Source: Raillietiella orientalis
Lineage: Eukaryota
Assembly (NCBI GenBank): GCA_036172245.1
Contig: JAYWIR010000042.1
Location: forward strand, 620,001-684,000
Length of the DNA: 64,000 nucleotides
Direction: 5' to 3'
How positions within the stretch are numbered: the first letter of the stretch is position 1; every line of letters begins with the position of its first letter. Below the pieces are notes generated by a model that did no database searches, was not told the origin of the DNA, and saw nothing but the letters and a program-made list of their open reading frames with translations. Positions 37,181 through 49,349 of this stretch are shown piece after piece. The translations under genes and the position numbers were made by a program.

Positions 37181-39649
37181 GCTCTTGCCTCTGGAACCTG
37201 GGAACTGCTTCGCATCGATTTCTCAGTCTCCACGTGACCGAGGTTCAGATGTGCGCTTGGAAAACCAAAGTTGACCTTCGGGTCGGCTGGATTTCAGGAT
37301 CACGCGAAAAACGCTGAGGACGATACGGATACACCACAGCTTCAAAGGACCTTGCAATTCGGCGCACAAACGGGACCAGAAACGCGGAACAAGACGAACA
37401 GTCGAATTCCTGAGTTTCCTGCATCTTCCACCCGTGTAGCTCTCTCGTCTGAAGCATAATCGTTTTGAATAGAAGGAATCTTATGTGATAGATGGAGGGG
37501 TGCTCGGATGCATTCTCGCACGCGGGAAGATTCGTATTTACGCCACATGGGAAGTCCCAGAAATCGAGAAATGTTCTTTGGTGTGCAGCAGAAACGTATT
37601 GATCGATTGCATCCAGTCAAACTGTGGACAGCCGTGACTGAATAGAGAATGCATATGCAAAACTGCCAAAAATAACCGAAATCGCGACCACTTTTCCCCT
37701 TAATAAGTCGGAGGAGCCGACGACGGTCTCTCTACTTTCAGTGCCACTTCCATTTCTCGCACTCCGGAGGCGCTTAGCGGAAGTTTCGTTTCGCGAAGTC
37801 TCCTCGAGAACTCATCCGTCGTGTTGAAATGTCATGTGCTTCCGACACTCTCAGGAACACCGACGTTCGAGGACTTGCATTCGACAGCTTCATAGCTCAT
37901 AATCGAATTAAAAGCGGGAAGCGGAGGTCCAGTTTTGAATCTTTGTCTCGCGTTTGCACGTCTTCTCGGGAAATTTCCCGAAGCAAAGAGACTTTGAGGC
38001 GTCCCTCAACCCGGTGCTCACTACGAATGAGGAAAAGCTCAAGTGTTGAACGTGAGTGGCGAAAATAGGCAGAGGGGAACCTGGAGTACGCATCCTACCG
38101 AGTGGTGTGGTTGTGGGAACGGAGGCGCGAAAAATCCGGAGCCTTCGTGTTCGCTAAATCACGAATCCAGTGTGGAGCCCACGGCTGTTCGGAGCGCCAC
38201 TCAGACGTGAGCCTTGGCAGGGCAGACATCACTTTGCCTGCTGCACCCAGCTTCATGAGAAGAATGGGTGCAGCAATTCGATCAGTGCAAAATAACCAAA
38301 CTCCGACCGAAAGAGGAACGAACGCGAGATCTTCCGGTCCAGAAGCCCAGCTGTGAATGGCGAACCTGTTGGGAAATGATCATAAAATTTAGCAGTAGTA
38401 AAACGCCCGAGCCGCGGAAGAATCTCAGGAAGGCTTCAGATCGTGAAAGGGAGCTCTACGTCCGTCATTCCTCAGGTTTTCAGGGAATGAGATGCGCATA
38501 CTGTCCTTTCGGTCCTCCGAGTACGCGTGTCCTTTCTGGATTGCTTCTCGAGCACTCGGCCCATCATCCTGCCCACAGTCCATCCTTCTTGCGGCAGCTC
38601 GGGCTGCAAGACTCATCGGGGCGAATTTGCGAAACCAGAATTCCAGAGAAAAAGGAGTTTCGCGCGCACCTCGGTCCAGGCGAACATTCCCCGGAAGTTA
38701 GATTCATCCGTTCCAAAACAGAGATCGCCCCAGACAAAGAGATCAGCGAAAACTTTTCCAGAGGAGAGCTCCTCGCCCGATACAATGATAAATTGGATTG
38801 GATTCATAGCAACATCACAGAAACACGAGCAGGATGATAAGATGGATGGATCGAAGGACATTACTTAGGGGATTATATTTGCTTCCTGTTTCGAACACAG
38901 GAAGCACCTTAAGGCAGATGCTCAGCATAAATGAAAATTTCTCGGCATTTCAGGAAGCGGATCGTTTTAAATTGAAAAGATGGTTTCATAGTTACAATTT
39001 CCGTCGCTGTCGGGAAGAAAGTGGCACACAACCAGCACACGTAAAAGCACCAGAAAACTGTGGTACGCCTTGCTCTCTCTTTTCTCACAATTTTCACCCG
39101 TGATTTCTGTGAGGGATCATCACGAAAAACAACGGGAGGGTCCACATTTTCCAGATTTACAAACTGAACAAAAGGAAATACCTGGGGGAAGTAACCCTAG
39201 TAAGACGAAGGCAGACACCGCACTTGTCAGCTTCCACATCAGTATTTACTCCGTCTTGCTTATGTATCGGGCAACTCGAGAATGCAGCAAATGGTACGAT
39301 ATGTGCATTCCGGGAGATCGTGATTTTTATGGCTGCAGCAATTTCCGATCGATAGCGGCTCTGCGCATGTCCGAGAGTTTGTATAAAGCTCCTGAATAAT
39401 TTCTCCGAGGCTGTCTTGACTGCATACCTGGTCAGCAGATCACTAGGTCTGTGCGAAATCCGCTGCTCAGCCTCGCCTGCAGCCTCTCGAAGTGGTCGAC
39501 CGCTCTCGTGTGGGTTCCATTGGGAACAAGGAATAAATTTTAAAATTGTCATCAAAAAGGAACGAGGATTCGTTGATGCCCCGTGTCCACCCGAAAAAGG
39601 AGCAGCAGCTGAGAGTTGCGTCCACACCTAACAGGAGAATAAGATGAAA

Positions 39650-41230
39650 AAGACAACTAGCTGCTTCGGAAACTCACAGACTTTCAGCTAGAGAGGAAGG
39701 CTTCTGGCTTCGGACAGTCACTTCAGTCATCAGCGTCTTGCAAACATTGGAACCGAACTCGTGGACAGTGTGAGGATGACTCATTCAATATTTTAAGTGA
39801 GATTCCTGTTGAGAAATTGAGACAATGGATTGCAATAGAAGATCGGTTCGACGGCGGGCGCTCTTTTGCGTGGGTTTTAAGCGATGTGCCGCCATGTTTA
39901 AAACTCTGTGACGCTTTTGATGAGGATCACTGGAGCACTAGAATTGCTCAGATATTTCTCAGCAGGAATGACCCAGAGTGGTCCCCTGATTTTACACGTT
40001 TCCAGTTCCACTTTTGCCGTTCAGGATTTTCATTTGCAGGAACGCTTCGAAGCAATGGCCAAAGGTCCCCCACGGCAACAGTAAGGTCTATCGAAGAGAA
40101 GCATTTCATTTTTCTCTACAGAGACATTTTTGTTTCCAACGATGAAAATACCAAGGAATGTGAGCCGAAGCGGTGGCACTGCCCCGGATCTATGAATGTC
40201 CAGAGAACATTCTAAACAAATCGGGAGTGGTTCCACGTCGCGGGACTCCATCAGTCGTGGCTGCCGTGTCACAAACGGAAATCGGTCATTTCCGTTTGTG
40301 CGTATGGACCTCAGCCCTGAAAGAGACCGGAGAAATCGTAACGGTAGTCGGTGAAGGTCAAATCGGAAACTTGCCCCGTTTCCTTCTGATCACGTGTCCC
40401 TCACAGAGTCATCTTGGAAAATTCAAAGCTGCTCGCAATGCAACTGTTTCTCTGGCTGTCAACGAGACAAACCAACTCTCCAAGAAGTTGCTGAGCGTCG
40501 CTCCAGCTTTCAACGATCGGAGACCGATTTGCCTGGTGGCACGGAAGTCTAGCTTTTCAGGAACCACGCAGGCTAATTGAGAGGCGCTTTTTTTTCCCTG
40601 CGCAAACGGCTTCAGTGATGAATTTTCGCTTGCGCATCATTTATCCGAATGGAACAAGGAAGTAACCCTCTCCTTCAAAGAGCTGGTCGGAAAGAATGTC
40701 CAGAAAAAGCACAGATTGCAGATTACTTCCAAATGACTGTATTTGCACAAAACAGCTTATCAAGGATAAGCACTGTTTTCCTCTACAGTGAGGTGTTTCT
40801 TAACAAATCCAATGCAGCGCCTGGAAAGCTTCGAATGGTTTTATACCGGAAAATGGACAGGCTGCGGCGCCATTAACAGAAAATTCATCGCAACCGGGAC
40901 TCCCGTGTTCGAAGAGCCTTTTAGATGCCCTCGCCCATCGTAATATGTCCCACGATAAATTCGAGTAGCAGGAAAGATAAGTCTGTTGCAAAAACCAAGG
41001 AGGAAGAGGAAAAGAGAGAGAACGATGAAAGGAATAGCTGTCAAAGGAGGACAAAAGTGCTCCATGGATCTGCCGACAACGAACAAAAACTCTGCTTTTC
41101 ATGGCATTAGTTGGAAGCATCATATGCCTCCTTCCTGTAGTAAGACATTCAGAAATAATGGAAAGCACCTCCATTTTTCGTGCAGAGGTACTCGAAGGCA
41201 CAGTTTCATTCAGTGCTCATCTGTAGCTTA
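39650..41230 (+). pseudogene. Endogenous viral element: degraded chuvirus-type envelope glycoprotein
   Basis: Ordered fragments VISVLQ.../QC 39726-39771, CLKL, FSFAGTLRSNG ~40027-40059, IYECP 40188, F.L...NLPRFLLI ~40290-40390, ICLVARK ~40530, SDEF ~40615, RAG ~40680, IQC.../GKW 40810-40856, ALAHRN ~40930 and hydrophobic MALVGSIICLLPVV 41101-41142 parallel chuvirus G landmarks as I recall them (IQLLQ..QC, TLAG..DG.C, LYEG, TEHPKLFI, C.LE, PDE, AGE, C...G.W, LA..GIY, TM). Confidence 0.6.
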
Positions 41231-42859
41231 AAGATGCTTCAAAAGCTTGTCTGAAAGATGATAGCATGTAGCAGAAAGTAAACATTTCGCATTTTAGGTG
41301 TTCCTCTGTCCAAAAGATCAGCAAGCATCTCCATGTTGCTCATCTTTACAAACTTGGACTTCGCCTGCTTTAAGCAGGCGCTGTTCGAAATATGCAGGTA
41401 GAAGAAACTGAGCTTCTAGACAGCGACTGAGAGTTGGAAGCTCTGGGATTCTTTTAGGAAGACATTTCTTGCTGCAGGTAACTCGATAAGTGATGGGGCA
41501 GCTGACTTTCATTAAGAACGAAATGCCCCGTTATCAAAGGAGAAGCACTAATAGTCAAAGGCCTTTGTTCTTCCAGGAGGAGAAAGAGTCAAGATGGGAG
41601 TCCAAACTTGGGCACTCCATAATTATGCAATACTTCAGAAAGTTCGAGATTCAGAAGGCCACTCGTGAAAAACAGCTCCTTTGCCAGCTCTAAGACACGA
41701 TGTCCACTGCAATTTTCAATATACCTTCGGCGCACTTTCAGTCCTGGTGATCCGTTCTCATGAACGGAAATCAATTCGATTCACTGATGGATCACTTGAA
41801 AGATTCATGCAGTGCATCTCCATATTTTGGATTTGCTTAGTAGCGATTTCCTCAGAATTTTCTACTGCTTCGCTCTGTAACAGTGCCAACTGATCTGCAG
41901 TGATAGATAGATATGACAACCTCCCCCCTTGGAGGTCACATGGAGAGGATTTTAAAAATTCATCTCTCTCCGGAATCTCTATGGGCGTTTTTGCATCCTT
42001 CCACGAGCGAGCAGTGCTTGGTTTATCCATTTTGACGGTTTCCTGTTCTGCACTTTCTTTCGATGGATGCCAGCGCGTCTCACGTATGGAGAAAGCACCA
42101 GACCGGGGCCATCCATCTTGAAGTTAGCCCCTATTCGACGGGTGCTTCGCTGTATTCCTTGACCAAAGTTTCCAATGCGAGCAGAGCATTCTCTTGGGAG
42201 CGGCCTCTCGGCGAAACATATCTTTCCTTGGTGTTCTTTCACCTGTTCTTCCTTGCTAGCGCGTTTATCGTCAGAGCAGCAGTGCAAAGCCCCATATGAC
42301 TTTAGAGCATTCGGTAGCCTAGAGAGAACTGACCCCAGGAAACCTTTGCCCACAGACAGCTTATGTGCTTAGAATGCTTATTTGAAAACTCTGCAAATTA
42401 ATTCGATTCGGGAAGTCTGGTGTTCCTTCCCATGTGAAAGTCAGGTCTTTCGTGAATACGGACTGCACGCACACTCCTTGCATCCGGCTGCGGAGGTTGC
42501 GTACTTGAAAGTATGCAACCCGCTGCGCAAGCATCCAAGAAACACCGATTCAAAAGGAAGAATGAAGCTCAACTCTGTGCTCCATTGCTGACACGGAAAC
42601 AAACTTCAATTCCTCTGTTTGCGAAATTCTTATCACAAGCCAAGCATTAGGAAAGTATCAGAAAACTGTTAGCTGTTAACGGTCTGACGGATCATTACTC
42701 AAGCTTGCTTGTGTCATTCCATTTTTAACTATCAAAAGCTGCTGTTGCAAAAATAAAAAAGAAAAAGGAAATGATAAATTAAGTGAAAGCTTAGTTTTGT
42801 GATTGTGCGTCGCAACTTCGCTTCTTAAGGCTTCTTGGATCATTCATTTGTCAAGTGAG

Positions 42860-43360
42860 CTTGGAAACGAGGCTGGCGAAACCTTGCCTAAGTCCCGGGA
42901 TGCATGGCATGATAGAAAGAAGATATAGCAAGAATTTGAATTTCTAGGAATCGTTCAGCCAGAAAGACGGCTTATCACTCTACCTGGCTGAAGCTGAAGG
43001 CGTCATCAGTAATAAGCCGTATTTCGGCAACGGAAAATTCTGGGAAAAAAGATGACTGTTTTCAATCGCTTCTTAGCGTATAGCGTGTAATCCACGTCCA
43101 TTAGGGAGAGACAAACATTCTGCTTGATTCCATATCGCCTACAAGTGTGGGACAATGGTGAACATCCTGGTGCAACTGTCCTACTCCTCTGCCAGCCATC
43201 AACAGCTCCAGCAACCTTTCCAGGAACACATCCCCTCTTATCCTTGCTGAAATATTGCTTTGAGTCAGGAAGCACACGCTTACACTATTGCACGATCCGC
43301 TGCAATATTTCGATTTCAGCGCTAAGACTGATGACGTCAAATTTTTCAATTCGGCTGAGT
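42860..43360 (-). mobile_element. PIF/Harbinger DDE transposase remnant
   Basis: VPGKVAGAVDG (cf. FP...GAIDG), LMDVDY (cf. VDADY), LITDDAF...KP (cf. GDDAFPL...MKP), KFKF and ARFR, in order. Confidence 0.6.
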
Positions 43361-43439
43361 TTCAATTAGATGAATCGCTCGCAGGTACAGTCTCTCGGAT
43401 GCCGCTTTAGCTGGCAACTCTCGCTTTCCAAGGAGACTG

Positions 43440-43900
43440 GAAGACCCACCGAAAAGATAATGGAAGACGTCGGCAATGAAGTTGTGGTGGTGACGTTGGT
43501 TAGACTCCACTGCCCCACTGCTCCCAAGGTCGCTCTTTGATATTCATTTGACAAACAACGCAGTTGCTGCTCATCGCGTGAAATGAGCAGACATTCTCTT
43601 TCTCACTGCTGCCTCTGAATGTTTCATCCCTGGAAATCATACAAGCTCTACACGTTTGCCATAGCGCTGCACCCCCACGATAATTATTATCTCCACTAGA
43701 GATGTTTGACAATCATTCCGTCTAGTGAAAGCTCATGAGAGAAGCCATTTTGTTTTGGAATATAGCAAAATAGTATGCTTGCAATGCCATCATCATCTAG
43801 CTCTACAGCAATCTTTTTCGTAGGGCCGATTTGCCAAAATGAAATTTCGTTGTCAAGCCAGTGGTTTCTCTGCTTCTTTGCAGATGTCCTCACTATAGAG
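43440..43900 (-). mobile_element. Mutator-like (MULE) transposase remnant
   Basis: ELDDDGIASILF...LSLDG, then GDNNYRG...ACMISRDET, LSNEYQRATLGAVGQW and C../VFH, in order. Confidence 0.45.
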
Positions 43901-44279
43901 ATAAGAAATGTTTCCCTTCCAGAAAATCTCCATTTTCGGATCGACTTTCCCTGTAAACGGAACTTGTGTTTTGAACCAGCACGGAGTACATTTCAAGAAC
44001 AGATAGCGATTACTACAGTGATGGAAATGTGCTTCATATATTTTCTGGAAAGCCTAAAGCTGTTAAGTTAAATCGAATCCGGATTTCTGACTAGGATACT
44101 TCATCAGAATCAGCAACATAATACGATCATTATGGAATGCACCTATAGATGAGAAACAAAGACATCTAGGTAAAAGGTCCACCCAGGTTTGGAAAGCCAG
44201 AGTGAGAAGGAAAGGAAATCCAGAGGGAAAAGCTTCTTGGGGAGTTGACCAAGTCAGGATTTTTGAAAATTCCTTTAGG

Positions 44280-44950
44280 CACTCATATGCAACCGAAAGG
44301 TCAACGCTCCATTCACGTAATAATATGACCTCAAATTACGGGCTCGGGAGCAGTGACTTTCTATTCTGAAGGCAGCGTTTTTACCTCCTGCAGAAGTGAT
44401 CGGCGAGTTCGCTGTGACCGCTGCCTTCGCCGAATCCCTTAGCACAATTGTGGGGTGCATTGAATTCCGCGGGAATGAGATTCCGTATTTAGCCGAAAAC
44501 ATTCCACTTGAGATCCGTGGCAGTGTCATCCAGATAACGAAGACTTCCTTGAATGGGGAACAGTCAGTCGTCAGCAGTGCACTGATGAAACGGTTCAGTT
44601 ACTTCGTGGAGGAAAGCAGTTGATCGGTTGATGTCGAACATCCGCGACTCGATTCGCGACGGGATGATCCTGCAAGGTAACTGAATGCAAAACGCCCACC
44701 ATTCGAAACTATTGGTTCAGAGCAATGAATGGGAATCACTCGAAAGATCATCGGATTGCAGCCTCGCACCGTTAAAATCGACCTCCATCACTCTGGGCTG
44801 CATTAAGGCTGATGTGTACGTATGTGCCTTATGAAACTTCAATTTCATGCTCTGTTAGATGGACATGGCTTTCGAACCATACAGAAATACCCTCATTCTG
44901 AAAGTCAAGTGAATAAACATGCTTAAGGCAAGACATATCGCTTTTCTCTT
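44280..44950 (-). mobile_element. Penelope-like element reverse transcriptase remnant
   Basis: VYSLDF, DFNGARLQ (cf. F.FNG..Y.Q), GS/PVANRVAD (cf. GSP.S..IA), EVFVIW (cf. DDIFVIW), NSMHPTI (cf. NS.HP.I.FT). Confidence 0.6.
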
Positions 44951-46069
44951 CGTGCTGAGTTCTTTCCAAGCAAACTTCCAAGCAAAGATCAAGGAGAGCA
45001 GTACTCGAAAAAATCCTCCACAGCTTCGAGGACTGAGATTCTGTTCCAGCCGGAGAGGTCCTGTGCACTCATTACTCACGACTAATGATATTGATGTATC
45101 CTACGCTGCTGCTTAACACTGCTACAAAGAAAAGAAGAAGGAGGAAAGCTGAAATCCTCAACTATTCAATTACTGAAAGCAGTCTCGAGCACTCTTGAAC
45201 ACCCTGAAATGAAAGGCAATTATGATGAAGAAATACATAGCTCACCGGCAGAATTCCCGGAGCGTCTCGGGAGGAAAAGAAAAAAAAAAAAAAAAAGGCA
45301 ATGTCAACACCAAGGGTTCTCGCTGCTCACCCCCATGAATCCGTTCTTCTCCAGCTTGCTTTCGTTCGGTTGGATTGAATAGCACGGAGAACACCCGCGC
45401 CATCAAGCCGTTAGTGCTCAATTGCTTCTGAGGAAGGACACGCCGTTCTTCTGGTGCAAATCGAGATCGCCCTCGCACGCAAGAGCGTTTCGATTATCCA
45501 TTCGGCTATCTGGAAATCAGATTAAATTTGGAAGTCGGTTTGGTTGACCCCTTTTCGGGGGGAAGCTTGGACCAGCGTCTCTGCAGCGTGGGTGCTGCGT
45601 CCGCAGTGGGTTTCGATCATTATCGCAATTAACCTTTCCCAGCAGAATAGAGCTCCATCTCAAATCACGTTTCTTCACCATACCGGAGTTCAATTTCTCA
45701 TCGACATCACGGTGGGTTTCTCAATAAATCATTGCACCGCCAAAAAAGGGGGGGGGGGAAATGAAAAAAAAAGAGAGGTGATTCGTGCTTGTCCCGGGTG
45801 GTCAGTCGAAACCGGAAGCATCAAGCTCGCGCACATTCATGAGCCCGTCCACCTACCCAATCAGAGCAGATTTAGATGGAAAAAAATTTTGAACCGAGGA
45901 GCTGCTTCTGACTTCCCTATAGAGATGTGTGGCAAACAAAATGTGGACCTGCGTGGCAGCTGCCACGCAGGTCCCGATCTTTCGGCGTCCAGTGTCGCTG
46001 TAAATTGTACCGAAACCGTGGAATGTACTTCCGTGAACTGCTTTATTTTGCTATTCTATTGAAGCAACA

Positions 46070-46300
46070 TGGAAAACGTACCTATTCCACCTGCGTAGGG
46101 AGCACATTTCGTTCCAGTGGGTCCCAGCTACTCCCTCTTCTTATTCAACATTCCCAGAGAAGTATCGATTTCTCTGTTGAATTTGAATTTCATCTCGGCA
46201 TTCCCTCTGATTCGAAACAGTTCTGCAGCATTCTCAGGGGAGCTTCTTTGTATCGAGACTATGGTTTTTCTGTTTTGGTGCTCCCTTCCCGAATGACTTT
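46070..46300 (+). mobile_element. Possible retrotransposon aspartic protease C-terminal remnant
   Basis: SSGSQL...FEF.....SILRGASLYRDYGFSV resembles the ILG.DFL..YG..VD region. The catalytic DTG is not seen. Confidence 0.25.
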
Positions 46301-47789
46301 GCCGGTCAGCGATGTGCACTTTTGTGGCATCGCCTGCGGGAGAATTTTACATTCACAGCTCTGGTAATATTCACTGATTCCTCATTCGGGGGCTTTAGCC
46401 ATTCCTTAACGATTTCCGCAAGGAAAACAAACATTTTCGAACGAAGCGACGTTTCATGTACACGATTTTCAAAGTACAGAAAACATCATGTACAACAGGG
46501 ATCGTACTATGTGTCTACGCGAAATATGGAAATCAGGCATGATGAGATATGTAACACCTTTCACGTAAAAGTTAGTAAATATATTATTATTACTGAATAT
46601 GATATGATCACCTTTGCATTTTATGGTGCAAATATTAATACATATATAATTAGTACGTACATTAAATGCATATCTAATTCACAAACACGAGGTTCCCTGT
46701 CTACTTTTGGATATTTTTCTTCAGAGTGGAATTTTTTTTTTTTTCTTTTCTCATCCAAACCAGAAACTGCCCCGTGACCTGTGCTTCGCACTGCAGGAAA
46801 TCCGCGTTTCGTCAGCTGGGGAATTTGAATTTCAAGTCCTAGAAAAGAGGAAGGGGGAGGAAGGGAGCAAAACTCGCCGCTCAGCCGATGCAATGACAGA
46901 CAAATTGGCCACCGCAAGGGACTCTGCTTGAAAAAACAACCATTCACATGCGAGACTTGGATCTCACTCTTTCCTCCAAGATGGCCACTCCCCCATCCTC
47001 TTCAGCGTGATCATTCGAGTGCTTTCTAGGAAAAAAAAAAAAAAAACTATCTATTTTGCGTTATTTCGATCAAGACCTAAACAGCACCTGGAAAGTGGAA
47101 GTGCCAACTCTTTTACTCGGACGAAGAGCTCATCATAGAAGAGCGCCCGCGTCGACGGTGCAGGACCAAGAACAAAATCATCAAAATCATCACAGCACTT
47201 GGTTGGGCTGCCGGGGTTGGCGGAGAGAGTGGCTCGCCATGTCACGCGATGGATTTGAAAGTGTGGACCTGGAATGCGTTCCAGCAGCAGCACTGAACGG
47301 AAAATCGGAAGCCGCAGCCGGGAGAGACACCGGGAGAGCCGTTCCTGTAGGAAAACTCTCCGAGACCAGCCAGGCGAAGAATTCCCAGGTCTAGCAGATG
47401 CCGGGAACTCCAGGCGCTGGAAAGGGGCCGCGGATTCTTCGGAGGAGGGCTGCACCTCCCAGAGTGGAACGCGGTTCATCGCGCTTGAGGAACTCTCGTC
47501 TTTTGGTCGACATCGGGCCAACGCTCGACAGCGAACAAAGAGAGGAATGTTAAAAAGAAGAGCAGGAACAGAATGATGCGTCCTGATCACAAACAGAATC
47601 CACCCAAGCTCGGGAACGTTACCGTAACTGCAGTCTCCCTCCGGCGTGCACCACAACTCTCATTCTCAAAAGTTCCCACCTAACCGAAAGATGGAGCATC
47701 GAAAAAGAGCTTTCATAGTTTTTGGTAGCACTGGAAACAGCTCCCTGCCCACTGTTGGGAATGCCTACGGTACCAGAGGGTGGGGATGG

Positions 47790-48200
47790 ATTTGAGCGGG
47801 AGTGCGTATGCGGGAAAAAACCTCGTCCTGTTCAAAGGACCTCTGCACCAAGGTCACACATACCTGCATAGCATGCCACCGCTCCGGATTTCTTGAGGAA
47901 AGAATGCCTCCAGGAAACCATCAGGAACGGGCGCACGCACCCAGCATGGAAAATACTGATAAAGCAGGAATTTTCGTGAAAATCCGAAGTGAACCGAGCA
48001 AGGACACACACGGAGCAAGAGCAGAGCAAGGACCAACAACCACCTACATGCAAAGATTCAAAAAAGCCACTGCAACAAACACAGAGTGACAGCCGTGTGT
48101 GAAAGAAAGTGCATATGGGAGAATGACTTGAAGTCGGGAAAAAGTTTCCAGTGCTGACTTCCCAGTGCAGTTCGAATTTTCGCCACTCAAGCGCTGCTGC
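47790..48200 (+). mobile_element. Ty3/Gypsy (Mag-like) Gag double zinc knuckle, possibly followed by protease remnant
   Basis: ECVCGKK/..DLCTKVTHTCIACHRSGFL matches C..CG..H....C.....C..C.K.GH. Downstream KFPVLTSQCSSN is weakly like F.LDSGA..N. Confidence 0.45.
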
Positions 48201-49349
48201 ACAGCAGTCCAGGTTTTCATTTCGGGAACACAAATCTGGAATGCCAGGGGCATGATATTCTAAACTAATGAGCTATTGCTAGAAAGAATTTTCTAGAGAA
48301 ACAAATTCCCATTTCCAATAAGAAGCTTTTTTCCTTGAACACCTTTTCAGCGGCATTTCTTTTTCCCAGATTGCAATTTTAAAAAAGATTTCCTGATCCT
48401 TTTCCTTTCCTAAAAGGCGAATACCAAGGCGACTGCAGGATGCACGGACAGAGCTGAGCAATTGCATCTTTTCGATTTCCTTATTCTGATTGCGGATTTT
48501 GAATCGCCGTGATATATTTAAGCTTTGCTGCCCCAACCTTTGACCCATCAGGGACACCTCCACCTACCATATGAAACGCAGAAATGCCAGTGAAGATGGA
48601 TGCTGTGTTCGTTCTTAATTGTCTGATACAACCCCCCAGTGCTTCAAGGGTATTCTCACGATGGAGTCCCGTACATCCTAAAGTTGGTGTGCCCAGCGTG
48701 CAATTTCCAGCATAGTTTAACGCGAAAGATCTTCCATTCGCGTGGTGCCCTATTTCGAAGATTACCCGAACTGCAATTCGGTCCATTTATCTCCGATTTT
48801 CTTCATGGAATTCGATCTTCTCAAGAAAGCCCTTTGGTTATCCAGCGTATGAAGGTGATTCAACTCGAAGGTGAAACCACCTCCTTTTCTCCACTCAGGC
48901 ATTCCCGGTCCACTGCTCATTTCGCGGCCGGTGAGGATACCGATTTGATTTCGTTCTTGCGGTATCTGCGATTTGCAAATGGCTCTTCGGAATGAACAGT
49001 GTCGCTGCCTCTTCGGGCGTCCTCACCGCGCTTTCACCTGCGCCTCTCAACCCTCACTTCTGCCAACTTCTTGAGCGTTCCGTCTCGAGACCAACCTGAA
49101 GAGGTGCATTTCTGCCTCCTTCTGTGATGGATCCTCATGTCACCTGGAAACGAGTTTTTCCGAAATGCTGATGACGTCTCGTGTCTGCTCGTGCAACCAG
49201 CTCTCCGGATTCCTGGGATTTATTTTGTCCGCTATCCACCCTTCCGATTAAGACGCTGGTTCCAAATTTTTCCGATTCCCCTGAGATTCCCTTTTAGCAA
49301 AGATCAATGAATCTTACCAGAATTCGACTTCATCACTCATTTGGAAGGA

